Source: Nitrospirota bacterium (GTDB lineage: Bacteria; Nitrospirota; JACRHJ01). From it: a DNA stretch of 64,000 nucleotides. A program made the translations under genes and the position numbers. Positions 8,928 to 18,743 of this stretch are shown here, one piece after another; position 1 is the first letter of the stretch, and each line of letters opens with the position of its first letter. The notes under the pieces were generated by a model. The model saw only the letters and a list, made by a program, of their open reading frames with translations. It did no database searches and was not told where the DNA came from. The DNA lies in assembly GCA_963733375.1 (NCBI GenBank), contig CAVTDB010000006.1, positions 1 through 64,000 of the forward strand, in the 5' to 3' direction.

Positions 8928-9737
8928 TTGGCAAATTGTAAGGTAAAAAAGGACAAGCAAGATTATACCATACAATCTGTTGTCCACGCGCTCGACATAC
9001 TGGAGGCGTTTAAGGGAATATCCAAGGAGGACCTTGGGGTTACCGAACTCGCCGAAAAACTGAACCTGCACAAAAACAATGTCTTCCGGCTGCTTGCGAC
9101 GCTTGAGACCCGTGGTTATATAGAACAGAACAAGCTGTCCGGGAATTACAGCCTGGGCATCCGCACCTTCGAGATGGGCCAGGTATTCCTGTCCCAGACA
9201 GGACTTTTAAAGCAGGCCCGGCCGGTGATGGACGAGCTTGTCAAGATATGCAACGAGACGGTGTACGTGGCCGTGCTGCGATGCGACAAGGTGGTGTATC
9301 TGGACATCGCCGAGACAAGCCAGTCGGTCAGGGTGGCGAACAGGGTAGGCTCGCTGCTCCCGGCATACTCTACGGCGGTGGGGAAGGCACAGCTCGCATA
9401 CCTTGGCGAGGACGAGATAGACCGTATATTCGCGAGGTCTAAGCTTCAGGGTTTTACCCCCAGCACCATCACGGACCGGGAAGAGCTGATCGCGCATCTT
9501 AAAGATGTTGCAAAAAAAGGTTACGCTCTGGACATAGAGGAATACGAAGAAGAGGTCATGTGCATCGCCGTGCCCATCATGGACCACACCAGCAGGGCAG
9601 TCGCCGGGATATGCATATCCGGGCCGGGCTGCCGCATGACCAGAAAGAGAATGGAGACGGAACTCCTGCCTCTTTTAAAAACCGCGGCTCAGGACATTTC
9701 GCGCAGGCTCGGGCATAACAGCGCTATCTCGTCCTAA
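8928..9737 (+). CDS. IclR family transcriptional regulator
   Basis: IQSVVHALDIL..LGVTELA..LHKNNVFRLLATL HTH; TAVGKA; GYALDIEE..CIAVPI. Confidence 0.93.
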   Translation: MANCKVKKDKQDYTIQSVVHALDILEAFKGISKEDLGVTELAEKLNLHKNNVFRLLATLETRGYIEQNKLSGNYSLGIRTFEMGQVFLSQTGLLKQARPVMDELVKICNETVYVAVLRCDKVVYLDIAETSQSVRVANRVGSLLPAYSTAVGKAQLAYLGEDEIDRIFARSKLQGFTPSTITDREELIAHLKDVAKKGYALDIEEYEEEVMCIAVPIMDHTSRAVAGICISGPGCRMTRKRMETELLPLLKTAAQDISRRLGHNSAISS

Positions 9738-9937
9738 AGAGTCTTTGACAACTTCATCAAGCAGGCCGAAACCTTAAAGAGAAATGGGTTGCCCCGCTGC
9801 CTTTTTTTCAGGCATAGCCTGAGGCATTTTGGAACTCGAGATATTCCGCGTTTAAATACCTGATGTCCCAATCAGAACTCCTTTTATTTTAATTATTACC
9901 AAATTGCTTGTATTCAGGGAAAAGTAATCTTTAAAAA

Positions 9938-9965
9938 TTGCATTAATCAGTGATTTCTGTATAAT
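9938..9965 (+). promoter_or_regulatory. Putative promoter of the Wood-Ljungdahl cluster
   Basis: TTGCAT-16 bp-TATAAT in the AT-rich region upstream of cooC. Confidence 0.45.
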
Positions 9966-10095
9966 ATGAAGGGCAATTTACTAAAAATAACAAAGGACCG
10001 TCAATAAGAAAAATAAATGGTGGTATAAAATTTACTGATATGAATCTGCATGAGCGGTTGCATTTCACCGTTAATTTCCACCGGAAGGCGAATTG

Positions 10096-10879
10096 ATGAA
10101 AATAGCCATTACCGGCAAGGGAGGGGTGGGCAAAACCACTCTTTCAAGCGTACTTGCCAGAGCCTTTTCTGAAGACGGAAGCAATGTGCTTGCCGTCGAT
10201 GCCGACCCAGATGCGAACCTCGCCCAATCCCTGGGCGTCGCACAGGAAGATATTGATAAAATCCGCCCCATCGCGGAGATGGGGGACCTGATAGAAGAGC
10301 GTACCGGCGCGAAGCCGGGGGCGCCCGGCTCCGTTTTCAAGCTGAACCCCCGCGTCGACGACATACCCGACCAGTTCTCCCACTCCCATAACGGCGTGAA
10401 ACTTCTGGTGATGGGCAAATACAAGACGGGCGGCGCGGGCTGCTACTGCCCCGAAAACGTCCTTTTGAAGAGCCTCGTCCGGCACCTCATTTTAAAGCGG
10501 GACGACGTGGTCATACTCGATATGGAAGCGGGCATAGAACATCTGACGCGCGGCACCTCCGGCTCCGTGGACGCGTTCATCGTGGTGGTGGAGCCCGGCG
10601 GCAGGAGTGTTCAGACCGCGAGGCAGGTGAAGTCGCTGGCGGACGACCTGGGCGTCAGGAAGGTGTATGTGGTCGGCAATAAGGTCCGGACGGAGGAGGA
10701 TAAAAAGTTTATCACTTCCAGCCTGCCGGGGATGGAGGTCATGGGGTTTCATGAGTTACAGCCCCGACGTAATCAACGCGGACCTGGAAGGCCGGGACGT
10801 CTACGGGAACTGTCCGGGGCTGGTGGCCGAAATCAGGACGATAAAGGAAAAGCTGATAAAGCTGGCCAAGGCGGCATGA
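10096..10879 (+). CDS. cooC: CooC/AcsF nickel-insertion ATPase (frameshift near 10745)
   Basis: KIAITGKGGVGKT, DADPDANL, GCYCPEN, DMEAGIEHL; true C-terminus (SYSPDVINADLEG...KLAKAA*) lies in the other frame. Confidence 0.9.
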
Positions 10880-11454
10880 TCGGCGAACTGAAGGCCGTGC
10901 TTCGGAGGGAACTCCTGGCGAAGCGCGACGCTCTCTCACTGGATGAGCGCAGGGGCAGAAGCCTCTCAATCGCGGCGGGCCTTTTTGGTCTCCCGGAATA
11001 TAAAACGGCAGGTTCGGTCCTTTTTTATGTCAATTTCAGAAGCGAAGTGGCGACCCGCAAGATGATAGAAGAGGCTCTCGCGCAGGGGAAGAAGGTGCTG
11101 GTCCCGAAGGTGGACCGCCGAAGCCACGAACTGAAGCTTTTCGAGATAAAGGACCTCTCGACGGACCTGGAAGCCGGATATATGAATATATACGAGCCGG
11201 TGGAAAAAAGGACGCGCGTCGCCTCTCCGGAGGAGCCGGACATGGTGGTGATGCCGGGCGTGGGGTTCGACGAAAAGGGCAACCGGCTGGGGTACGGGGG
11301 CGGATATTACGACAGACTTCTTCTGAAGCTTCGGCCCGGGGTGAAGCTGGTGGCGCTGGCTTTCGAGGAGCAGGTGGTGGACGAGGTCCCGAGCCTCCCG
11401 CACGACAGGAAAGTGGATTTAATAATTACAGAGGCGCGGGTCATAGAGGCTTAA
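10876..11454 (+). CDS. 5-formyltetrahydrofolate cyclo-ligase
   Basis: K..LRRELLAKR, YVNFRSEV, VVMPGVGFDEKGNRLGYGGGYYDR; ATG overlaps the cooC stop (ATGA). Confidence 0.92.
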   Translation: MIGELKAVLRRELLAKRDALSLDERRGRSLSIAAGLFGLPEYKTAGSVLFYVNFRSEVATRKMIEEALAQGKKVLVPKVDRRSHELKLFEIKDLSTDLEAGYMNIYEPVEKRTRVASPEEPDMVVMPGVGFDEKGNRLGYGGGYYDRLLLKLRPGVKLVALAFEEQVVDEVPSLPHDRKVDLIITEARVIEA

Positions 11455-11459
11455 AGCGA

Positions 11460-12018
11460 ATGGACCTTAAAAAAGATCGAAAAAGGCGTAAGGCTCATCC
11501 TGGAAGGCGTCGGCGAAGACCCTGAACGTCCCGGAATAAAAGAGACGCCCCAGCGGGTGGCCAAATTTTACGAGGAGATATTCGCGGGGCTCTCCGAGCC
11601 GACCGACGGGCTATTGGCTCCTATCCGGGGCGAGACCCACGATGAGATGGTGCTCATAAAGGACATACCGTTCTTCTCGATCTGCGAGCACCACCTTACG
11701 CCGTTCTTCGGGAAGGCGCACATTGCCTACGTGCCGTCCGAGGGCAAGATAGTGGGCTTAAGCAAGCTGGCGGCGGCGCTGGAGATACTGGCCAAAAGGC
11801 CGCAGGTGCAGGAGAGGCTGACGGCGCAGTTAGCGGACCTTATAATGGACTCGCTGGGCCCCAAGGGCGCGATGGTGGTAATAGACTGCGAACACCTTTG
11901 CATGTCCATGCGCGGCGTGAAGAAGCCGGGTTCGCGCACGGTTACGTCGGCAGTGCGGGGGATATTCCGCTCCAAGCCATCCACAAGGCAGGAAATGCTG
12001 GAACTGATCAAGAAGTAA
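11460..12018 (+). CDS. folE: GTP cyclohydrolase I (frameshift in A-run near 11470)
   Basis: [47 protein letters not shown]. Confidence 0.93.
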
Positions 12019-12042
12019 ATAACTGAGCAAGAGGGGGAACAA

Positions 12043-12708
12043 ATGATTATTTCGAAGTCGAAAGAGAAAAAGGACGTAATCAACATGCTGGACGGCGTCC
12101 AGAGCGTCTTCCTGATCGGGTGCAGCGAGTGCGCGTCGCTTTGCGGCACCGGCAGCCCGGAGGCGCTCGCGGAGATGAAGCAGTCCCTGGAAGATATCGG
12201 CAAGAAGGTCACCGGCACGTTCGTCGCGAAGACCGGCTGCCAGGTCCTGGGCACGAAGGTGGAGCTTAAAGGGAACAAGGAAGAGGTGGAGGCCGCGGAC
12301 GCTATCCTGGTAATGTCCTGCGGCGCGGGTACCCAGTCCATGGTGGAGGTGTTCAAGGACAAGAAGGTTTATCCGGCCAACGACACCGCCTTCCTTGGCA
12401 ACATGACCCGCTTCCAGCATTTCGACGAGCGCTGCTCGATGTGCGGCGAGTGCATCATAGACAAGACCGGCGGCATCTGCCCCGTCACCACCTGCCCGAA
12501 AGGCATCCTGAACGGCCCATGCGGCGGCACGAACAACGGCTTCTGCGAAGTCAGCCCGGATATAGAGTGCGCCTGGGCCAAGATATATGCCCGGATGGAG
12601 CGCACGGGCGAGCTGGATAAAATGAAAGAGATAATACCGCCGAAAGACTATTCCAAAAAACTATCCCCTAAGGTTTTCGTGATAGAGAAAAAGAAGGAGG
12701 AGAAATAG
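12043..12708 (+). CDS. metV: Methylene-THF reductase small Fe-S subunit MetV
   Basis: GCSECASLC, CGAGTQ, CSMCGEC..TGGICP..CPKGILNGPCGG..C..CAW; adjacent to metF. Confidence 0.9.
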   Translation: MIISKSKEKKDVINMLDGVQSVFLIGCSECASLCGTGSPEALAEMKQSLEDIGKKVTGTFVAKTGCQVLGTKVELKGNKEEVEAADAILVMSCGAGTQSMVEVFKDKKVYPANDTAFLGNMTRFQHFDERCSMCGECIIDKTGGICPVTTCPKGILNGPCGGTNNGFCEVSPDIECAWAKIYARMERTGELDKMKEIIPPKDYSKKLSPKVFVIEKKKEEK

Positions 12709-12713
12709 AGTCT

Positions 12714-13598
12714 ATGAAAAAGCTGAAGGAGGCACTCGAGGCAGGGGAGTTTGTTATAACGGCGGAATGCGGCCCGCCAAAGGGCACTGACATAGCGGAG
12801 ATGCTGGAGCACGCGAAGCACCTGCTTGGAAAGATAAACGCCATAAACGTTACCGATAACCAGAGCGCGGTGGTGCGCATCGGCTCGCTCCCCGTTTGCA
12901 GGCTTCTTAGCGAAATGGGGCACGACCCGATATTCCAGCTCACCTGCCGGGACAGGAACCGTCTTGCCATTCAGTCCGACCTGATGGGCGCGCATATCCT
13001 GGGCATAAAGAACGTGCTCTGCATGACGGGCGACCATGTCTCGGCGGGCGACCACAAGACCGCGAAAGCTGTATACGACCTTGAATCCGTACAGCTCCTC
13101 CAGACCGTGTCGGCCTTAAACGGCGGGCATGATCTTGCCGGCAACGAGATGAAAGGCGCGACCGACCTCTACCAGGGCGCTGTCGTGACCCCGGAGGCGA
13201 ACCCTCTGGAGCCGCAGATGCTGAAGTTCGAGAAGAAGATAAAAGCGGGCGCGAACTTCTTCCAGACCCAGGCGATATACGACATGGATAACTTCAGGCG
13301 GTTCATGGACAGGGCGAGGAAGTTTAACGTCAAGGTACTCGCAGGGATACTGCTCCTGAAGAACGCGGGCATGGCGAATTTCCTGAACAAGTTCGTGCCC
13401 GGGATTACCGTCCCGCAGGAGCTTATAGACAGGCTGAAGGCCGCCGGCAAGGAAGGCGCGCTCGAGTGCGGCATGGACATCGCCGCCGAGCAGGTAAGGA
13501 TAATAAAAGAGCAGGGCATAGCCGACGGCGCCCACGTGATGGCGATAGGCCTTGAGAACAAGGTGCCGGATATTCTGGCGAGGGCGGGGATAGCGTAA
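12714..13598 (+). CDS. metF: Methylenetetrahydrofolate reductase
   Basis: ECGPPKG, NVTDNQSA, QLTCRDRNR, LCMTGD, GANFFQTQ. Confidence 0.94.
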   Translation: MKKLKEALEAGEFVITAECGPPKGTDIAEMLEHAKHLLGKINAINVTDNQSAVVRIGSLPVCRLLSEMGHDPIFQLTCRDRNRLAIQSDLMGAHILGIKNVLCMTGDHVSAGDHKTAKAVYDLESVQLLQTVSALNGGHDLAGNEMKGATDLYQGAVVTPEANPLEPQMLKFEKKIKAGANFFQTQAIYDMDNFRRFMDRARKFNVKVLAGILLLKNAGMANFLNKFVPGITVPQELIDRLKAAGKEGALECGMDIAAEQVRIIKEQGIADGAHVMAIGLENKVPDILARAGIA

Positions 13599-13616
13599 GA
13601 GCACCAGGGGAATTAA

Positions 13617-14411
13617 ATGGCAGTAACGATACCTGAACTATACAAGAAGAAGGCCGAGGGCAAAAAGATTGCCATGCTCACGGCGTATGATTACCCCTTC
13701 GCCCAGATGGCGGACGAGGCGGGTATGGACATAATCCTGGTCGGCGACTCCCTGGGCGTCGTCGTGCAGGGCTGGGCGAACACCCTTCCCGTGACGATGG
13801 AAGAGATGCTCTACCATACGAAGATGGTCGCACGCGCGTCGAAGAACGCGCTGGTGGTAGGCGACATGCCGTTTATGAGCTACCAGTGCGATCTCGGTCA
13901 GGGACTGAAGAACGCGGGTGATTTCTTAAAGGCCGGGGCCGCGGCGGTGAAGCTTGAAGGCGGCTCCTGCGTAACAGAGCTTATCTCGGCCCTTTCCCGC
14001 TACGACATACCGGTCATGGCGCACATAGGCCTGACGCCGCAGTCCGTCCACAGGATGGGCGGGTTCAAGGTGCAGGGGAAAGACGAAAGCCAGGCCGAGA
14101 AACTAATCGCGGACGCCAGGGCGGTAGAGGAGGCGGGCGCTTTCTCGGTGGTGCTGGAAGGCATACCCAGGCAGGTGGCGAAGCAGATTACGGAGGCGCT
14201 TTCGATACCCACGATAGGCATCGGCGCGGGTCCGGACTGCGACGGGCAGGTGCTCGTTATGCACGACATGCTGGGGATGTTCGACCGCTTCGTGCCGAAG
14301 TTCGTGAAGCGCTACGCGAACATAAAAGAGACGGCCATAAAAGCCATCGCGCAGTACAAGCAGGAAGTGGAGTCGGGCGAGTTCCCTTCCGATAAAGAGA
14401 GCTTTCATTAA
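13617..14411 (+). CDS. panB: 3-methyl-2-oxobutanoate hydroxymethyltransferase
   Basis: [47 protein letters not shown]. Confidence 0.96.
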   Translation: MAVTIPELYKKKAEGKKIAMLTAYDYPFAQMADEAGMDIILVGDSLGVVVQGWANTLPVTMEEMLYHTKMVARASKNALVVGDMPFMSYQCDLGQGLKNAGDFLKAGAAAVKLEGGSCVTELISALSRYDIPVMAHIGLTPQSVHRMGGFKVQGKDESQAEKLIADARAVEEAGAFSVVLEGIPRQVAKQITEALSIPTIGIGAGPDCDGQVLVMHDMLGMFDRFVPKFVKRYANIKETAIKAIAQYKQEVESGEFPSDKESFH

Positions 14412-14415
14412 AGTC

Positions 14416-14515
14416 GTTACTTTCTTTTCAGGTGAAAAGAAAGTAACACAAAGAAAAGCCGGGTTTAAAGTCCCGCTTTCTTTTGGTACTTTTCTTTCTC
14501 GCGAAAGAAAAGTAC
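14416..14515. repeat. AT-rich composite palindromic (REP/MITE-like) element, copy 1
   Basis: GTTACTTTCTTTTCA-GG-TGAAAAGAAAGTAAC and GTACTTTTCTTTC-TCGC-GAAAGAAAAGTAC hairpins; related element at 24382. Confidence 0.75.
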
Positions 14516-14529
14516 GAAAGGTTTAAAAA

Positions 14530-15262
14530 ATGCCTGAAGCAAAATTAAAAGTAATCCTGCTGGAGCACACTCCGAACCCGGAGAACGTGGTGGCGATGGC
14601 GGCGAAGCTCTGCTACAGCCAGTCCGACGTGGAGGGCCTGCGCGGAAAGATTCTGGCGAAGGACCAGAAGGACTTCGTGGAGAAGCTGGTGTCCATTGGC
14701 CATATGTCGCCGGTGGAGCATATCTCTTTCACCTTCGGCATCGAAGGCATATCAAGGGCTTGCTCGCATCAACTGGTGCGGCACCGGGTAGCTTCGTATT
14801 CCCAGCAGTCCCAGCGGTACGTCAAGGAAACGGAATTCGATTATGTGATACCGCCGACGGTGAAGAACGACAAGAAGCTGACCGCCTCGTTCAATAAATA
14901 CATGAAGCAGGCCCAGAAGGCATACGACGAGATTATGAAGGGACTGGCGGAGCAGGGGATAACGGGCGAGACGGCCCAGCAGGACGCAAGATTTCTCCTG
15001 CCGAATGCGGCGGAGACGAAGATAGTGGTGACGATGAACGCCAGAGAGCTGCTCCACTTCTTCCGGGTACGCTGCTGCAACCGGGCGCAGTGGGAGATAC
15101 GGGCCATGGCCACGGAGATGCTGCGGGAGGTAAAGAACGTCGCCCCGGTAATATTCAAGGGCGCGGGCCCCGGCTGCCTCAATGGGCAAATGCCCGGAAG
15201 GCAAGATGAGCTGCGGAAAACAAAAAGAGGTCAGGAAGAAGTTTTTCAAGAACAAAATATAA
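14530..15262 (+). CDS. thyX: FAD-dependent thymidylate synthase (frameshift near 15185)
   Basis: GHMSPVEH, SRACSHQLVRHRVASYSQQSQRYV, ARFLLP, AQWEIR; C-terminus CPEGKMSCG..KNKI* in the shifted frame. Confidence 0.93.
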
Positions 15263-16028
15263 TGCCAGCATTTACGATAGCGGTCGCCGGGAAGGGCGGC
15301 ACGGGCAAGACCACCCTGACGGGACTCCTTATACGCTATTTGACAGAGAAGAGGAAGGGCCCGGTTTTGGCCGTGGACGCGGACGCCAATTCGAACCTGA
15401 ACGAAGTGCTGGGCGTCCACTGCGAGGGCACGGTAGGCGAGCTCCGGGAGGAGGCGCTGGAGACCGTGGGGAGCAGGCCGCACGGCATGTCGCTTGACGA
15501 GTACCTTGACATGCGCATCGCGCAGGTCATGACGGAGGCGAAAGGCTTCGACCTCCTCGTAATGGGCCGCCCGGAAGGGCCGGGCTGCTACTGCGCGGCG
15601 AACAACGTAATCAGGAAATACACGGACCACCTGCTGGACAGCTACCCATATATCGTGACGGACAACGAAGCCGGGCTGGAGCATCTCTCCCGCAGGACGA
15701 CCCAGGACACGGACCTCCTGCTGATTATTTCGGAACCCTCCGTGCGCGGGATACTCACCGCCGGGCGGGTGAACGGGATAGTGGACGAGCTGGGGCTGAA
15801 GGTAGGCAAACGGGCTTTTATCGTCAACCGCGTGAATGGCAATGGGCTTCCGGCGGAGCTTGAAGAGACCGTGGAGAAGCAGGGGCTCTCCTTGGCGGGT
15901 ACTGTGCCGGTGGACGATCTGATTACGCAGTACGACATGCAGGGGACGCCGCTGGCCAAGCTACCCTGATGATTCTAAAGCGGTCGCGGCGTTTTATAAG
16001 ATTTTAGATGAATCTGGAAATACCTTGA
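15262..16028 (+). CDS. cooC: Second CooC/AcsF paralog (3' end frameshifted, end approximate)
   Basis: IAVAGKGGTGKT, DADANSNL, MGRPEGPGCYC, DNEAGLEHLSR; TAATG overlap with thyX. Confidence 0.88.
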
Positions 16029-16891
16029 AAAAAATTTCGATAATAGGCGCGGGCGTTGTCGGCTCGGCCGTGGGCAGGCTGCTTCGGGAGAGGGGATACG
16101 AGATACAGTCGGTCGTTTCCCGGGGTCTACAAAATGCCCGAAATGCGGCCTCCTTCATAGGCGCAGGCGAACCGGGGACTGACCCGGTAAAGGGCGCATC
16201 CGGGGCCGACTGGATTTTCATCACTACGCCGGACAAGGCAATCCAGGGGACCTGCGAAAAAATAGCCCAAGGCGGCGGTTTCGGCAAAGGGTCGCTTGCG
16301 GTGCATATGAGCGGAGCGCTCGGTTCGAAAATACTGGACTCCGCGAGAAAAGCCGGGGCCGGCGCTCTATCGATACACCCGATGCAGAGCCTGGCGTCGT
16401 CCGAACAGGCGGTAAAAAATTTCCCCGGCTCGTACTTCAGCATCGAGGGCGACGCTGAATCGGTGCCGGAAGGAAAAGAGATAGTGGAGGCCCTGGGCGG
16501 GCTACTGGTGATGATACCGGGCGAGCAAAAAGCCCTGTACCATGCCGGCGCGGCGGTGGCCTCCAATTACCTGGTCGCCGTACTGGACTTTGCAGTGATG
16601 ATCTACGAGGCGCTGGGGATGAAGCGGGACGAGGCGGTCAAGGCCATCATGCCGCTTGTCCGGGGCACGGTAAATAACGTGGAACGGGTGGGCGTGCCGG
16701 ATGCCTTGACCGGGCCGATAGCGAGGGGTGACGTCGAGACGGTGGAAGGGCACCTGGAAGTGTTGAAGAAAGACCTGCCGGAGATGGTTTCGCTGTATAC
16801 GGCCCTGGGCAGGCATACGGTTAAAGTCGGCCTTGCGAAAGGCTCGCTTGCCGAAGAGGACGCCGCAAGGCTAAGGAAGATTTTAAAATAG
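16025..16891 (+). CDS. panG: Rossmann-like + DUF2520 protein, PanG-type ketopantoate reductase candidate
   Basis: IIGAGVVG, ITTPD, HMSGAL, HPMQS, YHAGAAVASNY, LTGPIARGD; near panB. Confidence 0.75.
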   Translation: MKKISIIGAGVVGSAVGRLLRERGYEIQSVVSRGLQNARNAASFIGAGEPGTDPVKGASGADWIFITTPDKAIQGTCEKIAQGGGFGKGSLAVHMSGALGSKILDSARKAGAGALSIHPMQSLASSEQAVKNFPGSYFSIEGDAESVPEGKEIVEALGGLLVMIPGEQKALYHAGAAVASNYLVAVLDFAVMIYEALGMKRDEAVKAIMPLVRGTVNNVERVGVPDALTGPIARGDVETVEGHLEVLKKDLPEMVSLYTALGRHTVKVGLAKGSLAEEDAARLRKILK

Positions 16892-16975
16892 CGGGCGATT
16901 CCGGAAACAGAATTTCCGGGTTAATTATATAAGCAACGTCGGGTACTTTATCGCGAAAGGGAGGGCAGGAAAGAT

Positions 16976-17767
16976 ATGCTGATTATCGGAGAGAGGATTA
17001 ACGTAATAACAAAGCTCCAGCGTCAGGCGATGATGGACAGGAACAAGGGCCCTATTCAGGAGATGGCCATTAACCAGGTCAAGTGCGGAGCCGGGATGCT
17101 GGACATCAACATCGGGCCAGCCGAAGAAAAGGGCGACGAGCTGATGGACTGGATGGTCAAGACGGTGCAGGAAGTGGCGCACGTCCCCCTGTGCCTGGAC
17201 ACCACCAACCCGGTCGCGATGGAAGCGGGACTTAAAGCCCACGACAACACCTGGGGCCGCGCCCTGATAAACTCCGCTTCCGGCGAGGAGGAGAGGCTGA
17301 ACATGATGATGCCTCTGGCCGGGAAGTACAACTCGCTGATAATCGGGCTCACGCTCAACAAGCAGGGCATCCCCGCGCTGGCCGAGGACCGTTGCGCCAT
17401 CGCCGCGGAGATAATGGGCAAGGCGGTCGAGTGCGGCGTCCCGATGGAAGATATATATCTCGACCCGCTCATCATGCCGGTGCCGTTCTCGCAGGAGAAG
17501 AGCCTCGAGTCCATCCGCGCGATAAGGATGTTCAGGGAGCTGAACGACCCGCCGATGAAGACTGTCGTCGGCTTGTCAAATATATCGAACGGGGCGCCCA
17601 AGGAGCTCCGGCCTCTCCTCAACCGCGTATATACCGCGCTTTTGATGTACGAGGGGTTGGATTCGGCGATCATCGACCCGCTGGAGAAGGAGATGATCGA
17701 CGTCATAAAGACCGTTGACATCCTGATGGGGAAAACACTCTACGCGCACAGCTATCTGGAAATGTAA
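16976..17767 (+). CDS. acsE: Methyl-THF:corrinoid iron-sulfur protein methyltransferase
   Basis: IIGERIN, LDINIGP, LCLDTTN, LINS, DPL, GLSNISNG. Confidence 0.92.
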   Translation: MLIIGERINVITKLQRQAMMDRNKGPIQEMAINQVKCGAGMLDINIGPAEEKGDELMDWMVKTVQEVAHVPLCLDTTNPVAMEAGLKAHDNTWGRALINSASGEEERLNMMMPLAGKYNSLIIGLTLNKQGIPALAEDRCAIAAEIMGKAVECGVPMEDIYLDPLIMPVPFSQEKSLESIRAIRMFRELNDPPMKTVVGLSNISNGAPKELRPLLNRVYTALLMYEGLDSAIIDPLEKEMIDVIKTVDILMGKTLYAHSYLEM

Positions 17768-17778
17768 AGGGGGTAAAA

Positions 17779-18720
17779 ATGGCTTTCGTAGTTCCGAAGG
17801 AAACGTATAACGGCAAGGTCTATGAAGTCGAGATCGGGACCGGACCCAGGGCAGTCAAGATAGGCGGAGAGAATACGCTGCCTTTCCTGGCCTTCGAGGG
17901 TTCCGTGCCGAACAAGCCTGTCATAGCCTATGAGATACAGGACGTGCCGCCAGAGGACTGGCCGCAGACGCTCCAGGATGTTTATAAAGATGTAAGCTCC
18001 GACCCAGTGAAATGGGCGAAGCACTGCCAGGACGACCTGGGCGCCAAGATGATAGCCCTCCGGCTTATCGGCACGCACCCGGACAGGCAGAACAGGACGG
18101 CTGAAGAGGCCGCGAAGACCGTAAAAGACGTCCTGGCGGCGATAGACGTGCCGCTTATAATACTGGGCAGCAATAACGCCGAGAAGGACGCGCAGGTCCT
18201 CAAAAGCGCCTGCGAGGCCGCTCAGGGCAAGAACTGCCTTATCGGAAAGGCGCAGGAAGCAAATTACAAGACCATAGTCGCGACGGCGATGGCGGCCGGA
18301 CACAAGCTGGTCGCGATGAGCGATCTAGACGTGAACCTGGCAAAGCAGCTCAACATCCTCATCACCCAGATGGGCTTCGACAAGGATAAAATCGTCACCG
18401 ACCCGATGTCTTCCGCCCTGGGCTACGGCATAGAGTATACCTACTCCGTCATGGAGAGGATACGCTCCGCGGCGCTCTTCCAGAACGACGCGACGATGGC
18501 CCCGCCGATGGTGAACGACGTGGGGATGTACGTATGGAAGGTAAAGGAGACGATGGCGCCGGAGGCCGACCAGCCGATGTGGGGGCCGGTCGAAGACAGA
18601 GGCATAGGATGGGAAGCCACGACTGCCATGAGCTTCCTTATGGCCGGGTCAGACCTGCTCATCATGCGCCACCCGAAGGCTATCGAGACGGTGGCCAAGA
18701 TGATCGATGAGCTCGTTTAA
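17779..18720 (+). CDS. acsD: Corrinoid Fe-S protein small (delta) subunit
   Basis: KIGGENTLPF, DVNLAKQLNI, LGYGIEYTYSVMER, IMRHP. Confidence 0.95.
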   Translation: MAFVVPKETYNGKVYEVEIGTGPRAVKIGGENTLPFLAFEGSVPNKPVIAYEIQDVPPEDWPQTLQDVYKDVSSDPVKWAKHCQDDLGAKMIALRLIGTHPDRQNRTAEEAAKTVKDVLAAIDVPLIILGSNNAEKDAQVLKSACEAAQGKNCLIGKAQEANYKTIVATAMAAGHKLVAMSDLDVNLAKQLNILITQMGFDKDKIVTDPMSSALGYGIEYTYSVMERIRSAALFQNDATMAPPMVNDVGMYVWKVKETMAPEADQPMWGPVEDRGIGWEATTAMSFLMAGSDLLIMRHPKAIETVAKMIDELV

Positions 18721-18743
18721 CGAAAGAAAGGAGATAAAATAAA

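Noticed and set aside
9740-10090. THF, ZTP or cobalamin riboswitch upstream of the C1 cluster
   Set aside because: I could not find the conserved cores by eye; an Infernal/Rfam scan would settle it.
10093-11454. Apparent CooC / 5-formyl-THF cyclo-ligase fusion (453 aa)
   Set aside because: The normal CooC C-terminus is in another frame after the GGGGTTT run near 10745 and ends at a TGA overlapping the ligase ATG; a single-base error explains it.
14530-15969. Apparent ThyX-CooC fusion (479 aa)
   Set aside because: The ThyX tail CPEGKMSCG is in the shifted frame and stops at a TAATG overlap at 15260-15264; these are two genes.
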